Assembly: GCA_963674945.2 (NCBI GenBank)
Contig: CAXXWQ010000004.1
Span: 3,200,001-3,264,000 of the forward strand
Reading direction: 5' to 3'
Length of the DNA: 64,000 nt
Source of the DNA: an uncultured Desulfosarcina sp.
Lineage (GTDB): Bacteria; Desulfobacterota; Desulfobacteria; Desulfobacterales; Desulfosarcinaceae
Shown here: piece by piece, positions 50,387 to 59,341 of the stretch
Layout of the letters: each line of letters opens with the position of its first letter
Position numbering within the stretch: the stretch's first letter is position 1
Notes under the pieces: generated by a model
The model's input: the letters and a program-made list of their open reading frames with translations, nothing else
What the model was told of the DNA's origin: nothing
The model's database searches: none
Program-made: the position numbers and the translations under genes

Positions 50387-52204
50387 ATGGCACAAGTCAT
50401 TGCGGATCGAAGGGATATCGATTTCGTCCTTCACGAACAATTCAATGTGGGGGAATTGAGCAATCATCCAAAATTTTCGGCGTTTGACAAAAAGACGGTC
50501 GATCTGGTCATCAAAGAGGCACGAAATCTGGCCATCAAGGAGATCCTGCCTACCTTCAAGCCCGGAGACGAGGAACAATGCCGCCTGGAAAATGGCGAGG
50601 TATTCGTACCGGAAAGCTTCCATCGTGCCTGGGAGCTGTTTCTCGAAGGTGAATGGCTGGCCTTGCCCGAAGACCCGGAATACGGCGGTCAGGGAATGCC
50701 CCGGACCGTTGCGCTGGCCGCAGGCGACTATTTCAACGGCGCCAACTATGCTTTCATGATGTACGCCGGCCTGACCCACGGAGCGGCGTTGCTGGTGGAG
50801 GCGTTTGGTACCGACGAACAGAAGAAATGCTACTTGAAAAATATGTTCACGGGCAAATGGACCGGCACCATGTTGCTCACCGAACCCGAGGCGGGAAGTG
50901 ACGTGGGAAGACTTTCGACCACCGCGGTGAAGAACCCGGACGGCACTTACAGTATCACGGGAAGCAAGATCTTCATCTCCTCCGGGGAGCATGACCTGGC
51001 GGAAAATATCGTACACCCGGTCCTGGCCCGCATCGAGGGAGCACCGGAGGGTACCAAGGGGATCTCCCTCTTCCTGGTTCCCAAATACAAGGTGAATGCG
51101 GACGGCACCCTGGGCGAGCGTAACGATATCGTCTGCACGGGCATCGAGCACAAGATGGGCATCAACGGAAACGCCACCTGCTCCATGACCCTGGGCGGCA
51201 AGGGGGCGTGCGTGGGAGAACTGTTAGGGCAGGAAAACAAAGGCATGCGGGCCATGTTCCTGATGATGAACGAGGCGCGTCTGCTCGTCGGCATGCAGGG
51301 GTTGGCCTGCGCCAGTGCATCGTACATGAATGCCGTGAACTACGCCCGGGAGCGGATTCAGGGCAAGAACCTGATGAAGATGATGGAACCCGATTCACCG
51401 GCGGTGCCCATCATTCAGCATCCGGATGTCCGGCGAATGCTGATTTCGATGAAATCCTACGTAGAAGGCATGCGCAGCCTGCTCTACTACGCCGGATACC
51501 TCACCGATCAGATGGCCGTCATCGATGATGCCGAGGAAAAAGAGCGCCTCCAAGGATTGTTAGACCTGCTCATTCCCATCTGCAAGGGGTACGTCACCGA
51601 CCGGGCCTTCGAGGTCTGCAGCACCGGCGTTCAGGTCTTCGGCGGTTACGGGTACATCAAAGAATATCCCCAGGAACAACTTTTACGGGATTGCCGCATT
51701 ACATTGATCTACGAAGGTACCAACGGCATACAGGCCATGGACCTGTTGGGCAGAAAACTGGGTATGAACAAGGGGAAACCCATTATGGATTTTCTGGCGG
51801 AGGTCCAAATGACCATCGACAACGCCAAGGCCTTTGATGCCGTCTCTGAATATGCCGCCGGTCTGAAAAAGGCCCTCAACCGGCTGGGGGAGGTCGCCAT
51901 GCACATGGGCGCAACCGCCATGTCGCCCAAGGTGATGAATGCCTTTGCCTTCGCACATCCGTTTTTGGAGGCCTTTGGTGACGTGGCCACGGCCTGGATG
52001 CTGTTGTGGCGTGGGGTCATCGCCGCCGAGAAGATGGAAAAGGGGATAAAGAAGAAAGAACAGGCCTTTTACGAAGGCGTGATCAAGAGCCTGCAGTACT
52101 TTTCCCAGGTGGTGTTGCCCGTGACAATGGGGAAGATGGATGCCATCATGGCGACCAGCGACGCAGCGGTGGAAATCAGTGAGGATGCTTTCGGGGGAAA
52201 ATAG
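50387..52204 (+). CDS. Acyl-CoA dehydrogenase
   Basis: TMLLTEPEAGSD, GSKIFIS, HKMG, MNEARL, FGGYGY, IYEGTNGIQA. Confidence 0.95.
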   Translation: MAQVIADRRDIDFVLHEQFNVGELSNHPKFSAFDKKTVDLVIKEARNLAIKEILPTFKPGDEEQCRLENGEVFVPESFHRAWELFLEGEWLALPEDPEYGGQGMPRTVALAAGDYFNGANYAFMMYAGLTHGAALLVEAFGTDEQKKCYLKNMFTGKWTGTMLLTEPEAGSDVGRLSTTAVKNPDGTYSITGSKIFISSGEHDLAENIVHPVLARIEGAPEGTKGISLFLVPKYKVNADGTLGERNDIVCTGIEHKMGINGNATCSMTLGGKGACVGELLGQENKGMRAMFLMMNEARLLVGMQGLACASASYMNAVNYARERIQGKNLMKMMEPDSPAVPIIQHPDVRRMLISMKSYVEGMRSLLYYAGYLTDQMAVIDDAEEKERLQGLLDLLIPICKGYVTDRAFEVCSTGVQVFGGYGYIKEYPQEQLLRDCRITLIYEGTNGIQAMDLLGRKLGMNKGKPIMDFLAEVQMTIDNAKAFDAVSEYAAGLKKALNRLGEVAMHMGATAMSPKVMNAFAFAHPFLEAFGDVATAWMLLWRGVIAAEKMEKGIKKKEQAFYEGVIKSLQYFSQVVLPVTMGKMDAIMATSDAAVEISEDAFGGK

Positions 52205-52506
52205 CGGCAGGGATACCAGGGTGGTCCCATGTAGATTTGATACAGGGCATGGGCTTGCCCTGCTGAACACGGGGAAGGCGGGTTGACGTGCCTATCGTGC
52301 CTGAAGTTAATGTATTTTGCCTTTTTCTACAAAACGACTCATGAACTTTAGGCACTTTGGCTCATGATATCATCGCTACTTGCGATTCCCCTGGCAGGAA
52401 TACGTTGTGTGCTTGCTTTTTCGCAGTACCTAGGTAAAATTAAGTAGGTCTTTGTGTTTCATTGTTACTTCCAAGATTAACAATGTAAAACAAAAAGGAG
52501 TTATCT

Positions 52507-54195
52507 GTGACCACAGACAATCCCTATTCAGAAAAGCCGTGGCTCAAACAATACGAGGCCGGTGTTCCCGAACATGTCGATTATGAAAACGTCTGTCTGC
52601 CCGATTTTCTAAGGCATTCCGCCGGCAAATTTCCCCGGAAGATGGCACTTTCCTTTCAAGGATACGATGTCAGCTTCGCCGAGTTGGATGAGATGGTGGA
52701 CCGATTTGCCACATTCCTTGCCGGTATCGGTATCGGAAAGGGAGACAGCGTGGCCATCGTGCTGCCCAACCTGATTCCCTGTGTCGCGGCGTATTATGCC
52801 ATCTTGCGGATCGGCGCCATCGCGGTCATGAACAATCCTCTTTACACCGACCGGGAACTGGCCCACCAGTTCACCGATTCCGAAGCGAAAGCGATGATCA
52901 CCCTGGATCTTCTCGGAAATCGGATGATCGATCTTCGTCCGTCGACCCGGATCAAGCATATCGTTTATACCAGCATCGGCGATTACCTTCCCTTTCCCAA
53001 AAACATTCTCTTCCCGCTGGTGGGAAAGAAGAAAGGACTGGCGGCGAAAGTAAAAGACGCGGAAAATCTGCATAGATGGAAGGCGGTCCTCAACTCCAAC
53101 GATGCGAACCCGCCCGCCGTCGACCTTTCCTTCGACGATGTGGCCATGTACCAGTATACCGGAGGAACGACAGGCCGCTCCAAGGGTGCCATGCTCACCC
53201 ATGGCAACCTGAGCAAGCAGGTCCAACACATATCTTCCTGGTTCCCCTCATTTCAGAGTGACGAGGTGATGCTCGGCGCATTGCCTTTTTTTCATGTTTT
53301 CGGCCTGTCTACGGCCATGAACCTGGCCATCTACCTGGGATGGGGAGACATCCTGGTGCCCAAACCCCAGCCTTCCCAGCTGTTGGAGGCCATCAGTAAA
53401 TACAAGCCCACCTTCGCACCACTGGTCCCCACCATGTACATCGGGATGCTGGAGCACCCCGACATCCAACGCGTCGACCTCTCGTCCATCAAAGGATGTT
53501 TTTCCGGCAGCGCCCCTCTTCCCGTCGAGGTCATCCGTGCATTCGAGGAAAAAACCGGCGCCATCATCGTAGAGGGATACGGCCTTACCGAAACCAGCCC
53601 CGTGACCCACGTCAATCCTTTCCGGGGCCAACGCAAGGTGGGCAGCATCGGCGTGCCCATTTCGGATACCGAATGCCGTATCGTGGACCTTGCCGACAGC
53701 GAGAAGATTCTTCCCGTGGGGGAGGCGGGTGAACTGATGATTCGGGGACCCCAGGTGATGTCAGGCTATCGTAACCTTCCCGAGGAAACGGCCCAAGCCA
53801 TTTCCGACGGATGGCTCCACACCGGTGATATTGCAAAGATGGATGAAGAGGGGTACTTCTTTATCGTCGATCGGAAAAAAGACATTATCATCTCCGGGGG
53901 GTACAATGTCTACCCCAGGGACATCGAAGAGGTATTTTTCGAACATCCCAAAGTAATGGAGGCGACGGTCATCGGCATTCCCCACCCCAAGCGGGGTGAG
54001 GCGGTAAAGGTCTTCGTCGTCCTGAAAGAGGGAGAAAGCGCGACAACCGAAGAAATGCTCGAATACTGCAAGGACAAGTTGGCCAAGTACAAGTGGCCGA
54101 CACAAATCCAATTTTGCGACGAGTTGCCCAAAACCACTGTGGGCAAAGTGTTGAAAAGAAATCTTCGAGACAGTGAATTGGCGAAACAGGGATGA
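52507..54195 (+). CDS. Long-chain fatty acid-CoA ligase
   Basis: QYTGGTTGRSKG, EGYGLTE, TGD, DRKKD, LPKT.VGK. Confidence 0.95.
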   Translation: MTTDNPYSEKPWLKQYEAGVPEHVDYENVCLPDFLRHSAGKFPRKMALSFQGYDVSFAELDEMVDRFATFLAGIGIGKGDSVAIVLPNLIPCVAAYYAILRIGAIAVMNNPLYTDRELAHQFTDSEAKAMITLDLLGNRMIDLRPSTRIKHIVYTSIGDYLPFPKNILFPLVGKKKGLAAKVKDAENLHRWKAVLNSNDANPPAVDLSFDDVAMYQYTGGTTGRSKGAMLTHGNLSKQVQHISSWFPSFQSDEVMLGALPFFHVFGLSTAMNLAIYLGWGDILVPKPQPSQLLEAISKYKPTFAPLVPTMYIGMLEHPDIQRVDLSSIKGCFSGSAPLPVEVIRAFEEKTGAIIVEGYGLTETSPVTHVNPFRGQRKVGSIGVPISDTECRIVDLADSEKILPVGEAGELMIRGPQVMSGYRNLPEETAQAISDGWLHTGDIAKMDEEGYFFIVDRKKDIIISGGYNVYPRDIEEVFFEHPKVMEATVIGIPHPKRGEAVKVFVVLKEGESATTEEMLEYCKDKLAKYKWPTQIQFCDELPKTTVGKVLKRNLRDSELAKQG

Positions 54196-54264
54196 AATCG
54201 AAAGTTCCATCGCCAAACTGCAAGACCCGATTCCTGACAGCTCCGGTAGGGCCTTCGTTTGATC

Positions 54265-54284
54265 ATGAGTGAATATTCATTCAA
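54265..54284. promoter_or_regulatory. FadR(YsiA)-like box 3
   Basis: ATGAGTGAATATTCATTCAA upstream of the Fe-S/etfBA genes. Confidence 0.7.
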
Positions 54285-54321
54285 GATTCGTGTATTAACA
54301 TAGCAATGCCAAAGGGATAAT

Positions 54322-56394
54322 ATGGAAAGCGCATTAATCGCACCGGCCAAGTATTTCATGTTTTCGATTCCCACGGTCATTTTTTCACTGCTGATCCCGA
54401 TCGTCGGGGTGGCGATCTTCACCTACATCATGGCGCTCAGGGTGGCTCCATTGGTGCGGTCGGCGCCGGACAAGCGCTTCGACAGAATCCCGGCGCGTAT
54501 TTTTCACGTGTTCAAGATCTGGCTGGCCCAGTACCGCCATCCCCGCTACCTGCAGGCCGGGGTCATCCACATCGTGATTTTCGCCGGCTTTTTGATCCTG
54601 AGCATCCGCAGTTGCTCGTTGGTTATCATGGGCATTTCCGAAAGCTTCGTCATGCCCGGGTTCGACGGGGTGGTGGGCCACATTTACAACTTTTTGAAGG
54701 ATTATGCGGCCACGGCGGTGCTGGTGGCCTGTTGTTTCGCCGCATACCGGCGCGTTGTGGTCAAACCGGCGCGGTATGCCGTGCCGGCCAAGTACGGCAA
54801 GGACCATACGGGCGAGGCGCTTTTCGTCCTGGGGCTGATCTCCACCCTGATGATTTCCGAAAGCCTGTTCGAGGCCAGCTTTGCTTCCGCCAACGCGAAG
54901 GCGGGGCTTCACGTCGAGTTCCTGGCGCCCTTGAGCCTGGCGTGGCTCTTCAAGAATTTTCTCATGGTGGCATCCAAAGAGACCTTGCAGGCCATTCACA
55001 TCATCGCCTACTATGTTCATGATCTCACCTTCTTCTTCTTTTTGTGTTTCTTGCCTCTGGGAAAGCACTTCCATGTGATCACCAGCATATTCAATGTCTT
55101 TTTCATGCGTATCGACAAGGGGAATATCAAGCCGGTGGTGCATGGCGTCGAGGACGAACAGCTGGACGACCTGGAGTCCTTCGGCGTCAAGAAACTGGAA
55201 GACTTTACCTGGAAGCACATCCTGGACTTTTACTCATGCGCCGACTGCGGACGCTGCTCGGACAACTGCCCGGCCAACGCCGTGGGCCGACCGCTCTCGC
55301 CGCGGTTCATCTCCATCAAGGGGCGGGATCTGACGTTCAAGAACTATCCGATCTACCCTTACGGCGCCCCTTTCAAGAAAAGCGAGAATCTCATGGGCAC
55401 AACCTACGAGGAGGATGAGATCTGGTCGTGCACCACCTGTGGCGCCTGTGAACAGGAGTGCCCGGTGGGCATCGAGTACATCGACAAGATCGTGGATCTT
55501 CGCCGGGGCATGGTGGACGAGGGGATGGTTCCCCAGAGCCTGCAAAAGCCCTTGAGTGCTTTGGAGAAACGGGGTAACCCCTGGGGAAAGATGGAGAAAA
55601 AGCGGTCCGACTGGACCAAGGACCTGCCCGAAGAGGTGGTCGTAAAGGATCTTTCCAAGGGCAAGGAGACGGCGCAGATGCTCTATTTCGTGGACAGCAT
55701 TACCTCCTTCGACGACCGGATGCAGGATATCGGCCGGGCCACGGCGACGATTCTGTCAAAGGCCGGTGCCGATTTCGGTATCCTGGGCAAGAATGAGAAG
55801 GACAGCGGCAACGAAGTGCGGCGGTTCGGCGAGGAGATGCTCTTTCAGACCCTGAAAGAGATGAACACCGACGCCATCGAAAAGAGCGGTGTGACGAAGA
55901 TCGTGACGGCCGATCCCCATGCCTACAACGTCTTGAAGAACGATTACAAGGGGATGCCGCCGGTGGAGCACATCAGCCAGTTCATCGCGCGAAAGGTTCG
56001 ATCCGGTGCCATCCGTCTGACCGGGGCCAACGGCGACGGCAAGGTATACACTTATCACGACCCGTGCTACCTGGGCCGTCACAACGAGGTGTACGACGAT
56101 CCCCGGGCGGTGCTGGATGCCATCGAGGGGCTCACGCGCGTGGAGATGACCCGTAGCCGTGACCGCTCCTTTTGCTGTGGCGGCGGCGGCCTGATGCTCT
56201 TCTACGAGCCGGAAGAAGAACAGCGCATGGGCGTTGTTCGGGTGCAGATGGCAGCCGAGGCCGGTGCCAATGTGATCGTCACGGCCTGCCCATTCTGCCT
56301 GGTGAACATGGAGGACGCCATCAAGGTGGCCGGCATGGAAGGAGAGATGGAGGCGATTGACCTGTCGGAGTTGATTGCGAGTCATATGGAGTAG
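54322..56394 (+). CDS. Membrane Fe-S oxidoreductase (FadF/ETF:quinone oxidoreductase-like)
   Basis: N-terminal TM domain with His residues (KHFH); CADCGRCSDNCP, CTTCGACEQECP; HDPC, CCGGGG, TACPFC; followed by etfBA. Confidence 0.9.
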   Translation: MESALIAPAKYFMFSIPTVIFSLLIPIVGVAIFTYIMALRVAPLVRSAPDKRFDRIPARIFHVFKIWLAQYRHPRYLQAGVIHIVIFAGFLILSIRSCSLVIMGISESFVMPGFDGVVGHIYNFLKDYAATAVLVACCFAAYRRVVVKPARYAVPAKYGKDHTGEALFVLGLISTLMISESLFEASFASANAKAGLHVEFLAPLSLAWLFKNFLMVASKETLQAIHIIAYYVHDLTFFFFLCFLPLGKHFHVITSIFNVFFMRIDKGNIKPVVHGVEDEQLDDLESFGVKKLEDFTWKHILDFYSCADCGRCSDNCPANAVGRPLSPRFISIKGRDLTFKNYPIYPYGAPFKKSENLMGTTYEEDEIWSCTTCGACEQECPVGIEYIDKIVDLRRGMVDEGMVPQSLQKPLSALEKRGNPWGKMEKKRSDWTKDLPEEVVVKDLSKGKETAQMLYFVDSITSFDDRMQDIGRATATILSKAGADFGILGKNEKDSGNEVRRFGEEMLFQTLKEMNTDAIEKSGVTKIVTADPHAYNVLKNDYKGMPPVEHISQFIARKVRSGAIRLTGANGDGKVYTYHDPCYLGRHNEVYDDPRAVLDAIEGLTRVEMTRSRDRSFCCGGGGLMLFYEPEEEQRMGVVRVQMAAEAGANVIVTACPFCLVNMEDAIKVAGMEGEMEAIDLSELIASHME

Positions 56395-56426
56395 GCCAGT
56401 TTTTGTAAATGATGATTCAAGTAATA

Positions 56427-56548
56427 GAATCCAGGAGACAGAAGTCAGAATCCAGAAGAAGGATTCGCCTGCGGCTCAACCTATTGAAATGGCTGGAGCA
56501 AAGCGACTTCCGATCGATTCTGAATACTGACTTCTGACTCCTGAATTC
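56427..56548. repeat. Heptamer-built inverted-repeat element
   Basis: 31-bp arms GAATCCAGGAGACAGAAGTCAGAATCCAGAA and reverse complement GAATTCAGGAGTCAGAAGTCAGTATTCAGAA, 4 mismatches. Confidence 0.8.
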
Positions 56549-56605
56549 TTTAGGTATGAAAAGATAAAAAGATTGACCATGTGAACATCAACTAGGAGGT
56601 ACCAA

Positions 56606-57379
56606 ATGGAAATACTCGTCTGTGTGAAACGGGTTCCCGACACCGCGGAGAACGAGATCGAGGTGTCCGGCGACGGTAGTGATATCGAACGGGACGACCT
56701 GGTCTATTCGGTCAACGAGTGGGACAACTACGCCGTGGAAGAGGCGATTCAACTGCGCGACGCGCACGGCGGATCGGTGACGGTGGTAACCGTTGGCGAC
56801 GACGAGTCCGAAGAGGTACTTCGCCGGGAGATGGCCATGGGCGCGGACAACGGTATTTTGCTCTGCGACGACGCCTTTGACGGCATCGACGGCCGGCAGA
56901 CGGCGGCGCTCCTCGCGGCGGCGGTACAAAAGGGCAACTACGATTTGATCCTCACCGGTGCCCAGGCCGACGGCGGCGCGGGCCAGGTGGGGGGCATGGT
57001 GGCCGCCATGCTGGATTACCCTTACGCCTCTTTGGTGAACAAGATCGAGGTGGCCGGCGACAAGCTCAAGGTAGGCCGCGAGATCGAGGGGGGCAACCAG
57101 GAGATGAACGAGATTTCTTTACCCTGCGTGCTTTCCATTCAGACGGGCATCAACGAGCCGCGCTACGTGGGCATCCGGGGCATCCGCAAGGTGGCCTCGG
57201 TGGAGATTCCCCAGTTGGGCGCATCGGATCTCGGCGTTGACCTGGGCGAGGCCAATGTGAAGCGCGCCGACTACTTCGTTCCGGAACTGGGCGATGGTGC
57301 CGAGATGCTCGAGGGCAGCACCGAAGAGATCATCGCCAAGCTCATTGAACTGCTCAAGGCCAAAGGAGGGCTGAAATAA
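56606..57379 (+). CDS. etfB: Electron transfer flavoprotein beta subunit
   Basis: LVCVKRVPD, N.WD.YAVEEA, AMGAD, INEPRY. Confidence 0.95.
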   Translation: MEILVCVKRVPDTAENEIEVSGDGSDIERDDLVYSVNEWDNYAVEEAIQLRDAHGGSVTVVTVGDDESEEVLRREMAMGADNGILLCDDAFDGIDGRQTAALLAAAVQKGNYDLILTGAQADGGAGQVGGMVAAMLDYPYASLVNKIEVAGDKLKVGREIEGGNQEMNEISLPCVLSIQTGINEPRYVGIRGIRKVASVEIPQLGASDLGVDLGEANVKRADYFVPELGDGAEMLEGSTEEIIAKLIELLKAKGGLK

Positions 57380-58347
57380 TGGCTGATATTTTTGCATACA
57401 TCCCCCACAAAAATGGTGTGGCCGACGACGCGGCCCTGGAACTGATCACCGCTGCCGGGAAGATCGATGCCGATGCATCCGTCACCGCCATCGTGACCGG
57501 TGCGGGCGCGGACCTGGACAAGGTGGCCGATGCGGTCGCCGCAACCTATCCCAAGGTCTTCAAATTCGACAATGACCTCCTGGCCTATCCCAACGCCGAG
57601 GTGGTCCGAAAACTGCTGGTAAACGGATTGCCGAAAGGTGCCATCGTGCTGATTCCCCACGACACCTTCGGCATGGACCTTGGCCCCGGCCTTTCCATCA
57701 AGCTGGATTCGGCCTTCGTGTCCGACGTCGTGGACATCGAGGGGACGGACGGCGACAACCTGAAGGTGATCCGCCAGGAGTATTCGGGCATGGTGAGCAC
57801 CCACGTGAACGTGAATATGGCCAAGGGTGTGGTGGTGAACATCCGCCCCGGCGCCTTTGCCGCGGATGAAAGCAAGGCTGCCGGAGGCACGGTGGAGGAC
57901 AAAAGCGGCGATGCCGGCGATCTTACCGTAAACCGCACCTTCCTTGAGATCGTGGAAGCCGAGGTGGGCGACGTGGACATCACCAAATCGGACGTCCTGG
58001 TCTCCATCGGCCGGGGTATCGAAGACGAGGAGAACATCGAGATCGCCCAGGAACTGGCCGACGCCATGGGGGCCGTGGTCTCCTGCTCCCGCCCCATCGT
58101 GGATGCCAAGTGGCTGGAGAAATCCCGCCAGGTGGGAACATCGGGCCAGACGGTCAAGCCCAAGGTGTACCTTGCCTGCGGCATCTCGGGCAGTTTTCAG
58201 CACATGGGGGGCATCAAGGGAGCGCCCTTTATCGTGGCCATCAACAAGAACGTCAAGGCACCCATTTTCCAGGTGGCCGACGTGGGCATCGAAGCCGACA
58301 TCCTCGACTTCCTGCCCGAGCTGACCGAGGCCATCGAAGAGCTGTAA
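57379..58347 (+). CDS. etfA: Electron transfer flavoprotein alpha subunit
   Basis: SIGRG, SRPIVD, QVGTSG, GISGSFQH, AINK..API. Confidence 0.95.
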   Translation: MADIFAYIPHKNGVADDAALELITAAGKIDADASVTAIVTGAGADLDKVADAVAATYPKVFKFDNDLLAYPNAEVVRKLLVNGLPKGAIVLIPHDTFGMDLGPGLSIKLDSAFVSDVVDIEGTDGDNLKVIRQEYSGMVSTHVNVNMAKGVVVNIRPGAFAADESKAAGGTVEDKSGDAGDLTVNRTFLEIVEAEVGDVDITKSDVLVSIGRGIEDEENIEIAQELADAMGAVVSCSRPIVDAKWLEKSRQVGTSGQTVKPKVYLACGISGSFQHMGGIKGAPFIVAINKNVKAPIFQVADVGIEADILDFLPELTEAIEEL

Positions 58348-58592
58348 AAAGCTTTTCCAGACCAAAGGTAACCGAACCGTATTACGAAAGAAACGCATTT
58401 TCCCATTATTTTACCGTTGGCGTAAAATGGGAAAAGCTTTTTATAGAAAGCTTCTTTTCATTTCTATTCATCCGGCGGATCGTTTTGTAATCGAACGAAC
58501 GATTCGCCGGTTTTTTATCTTAGGATCCCGACGTTCTTTGGTAACTCTGGGACAGGGTAACCGTATTTGGTGTCCATTGCGGTAATTCGTTG

Positions 58593-58670
58593 TCGCAGGC
58601 ATGGCCAGCTCCTACAAAAAGCCGCGAATCGCCTATCTTTTGAAGGTGTACGAGCGGGCCATGCCCGCGA
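58593..58670. repeat. Pair of GTAG-type REP-like palindromes
   Basis: TCGCAGGCATGGCCAGCTCCTACA (reverse complement TGTAGGAGCTGGCCATGCCTGCGA) and TGTACGAGCGGGCCATGCCCGCGA. Confidence 0.7.
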
Positions 58671-58810
58671 AGAAATGAAATCGGTCCAAATACGGTTATC
58701 CTGGTCCATGTGGTTGCCGATCTTGACAAGTAGTCGGCCTTGACATAGATCTATTTGTTTGTAGGATTCACAGCACCGGTTCGCCAAAATAGATACAGTC
58801 TGGTGATTCC

Positions 58811-59341
58811 ATGAATGAGAGATGGAAAATTCATTTGCGATGTGCCCTTTTCATTCTGGTCGTCGCCGTTGGACTATCGGTTAATGGCCCTTTGCTACCG
58901 GCTCTTGCCGGAAACGGGGGAAAACAGGTGGTTCACTTGTATTTTGCCCAACCGAATCGCCCATTTCTCGTGGGAGAACAGCGGGTATTGCCCCATGCCG
59001 GTGATGCCTTGGCCTTGGGAAGACAGATCCTCACGGAACTGATGGCGGGATCTACCCATGGAAACCTCGCCACGATACCGGATGGTACGGCGATCCGTTC
59101 CTTTTTTATCCTGAATGACAAAACGGCCGTGGCAGATTTTTCGGATCATTTGAGAAATTATCACGAGGGGAGTTGCAGAAAGGAGCAGTTGATACTATTT
59201 TCTATCGTCAATTCCCTGGTGCTCAATTGTCCCCAGATTGATCGGGTGCAGTTTCTCATTGATGGTGAACCAGTGCAGACCCTCGCCGGTCATGTGGCTC
59301 TGGAATTTCCCTTAACCGCGGACATGCTGCTGACAAGATGA
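58811..59341 (+). CDS. GerMN-domain exported protein
   Basis: Signal-like N-terminus; V.LYF, IP.GT, A.ADFS, SIVNSL, V.FLIDG...TLAGH. Confidence 0.88.
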   Translation: MNERWKIHLRCALFILVVAVGLSVNGPLLPALAGNGGKQVVHLYFAQPNRPFLVGEQRVLPHAGDALALGRQILTELMAGSTHGNLATIPDGTAIRSFFILNDKTAVADFSDHLRNYHEGSCRKEQLILFSIVNSLVLNCPQIDRVQFLIDGEPVQTLAGHVALEFPLTADMLLTR

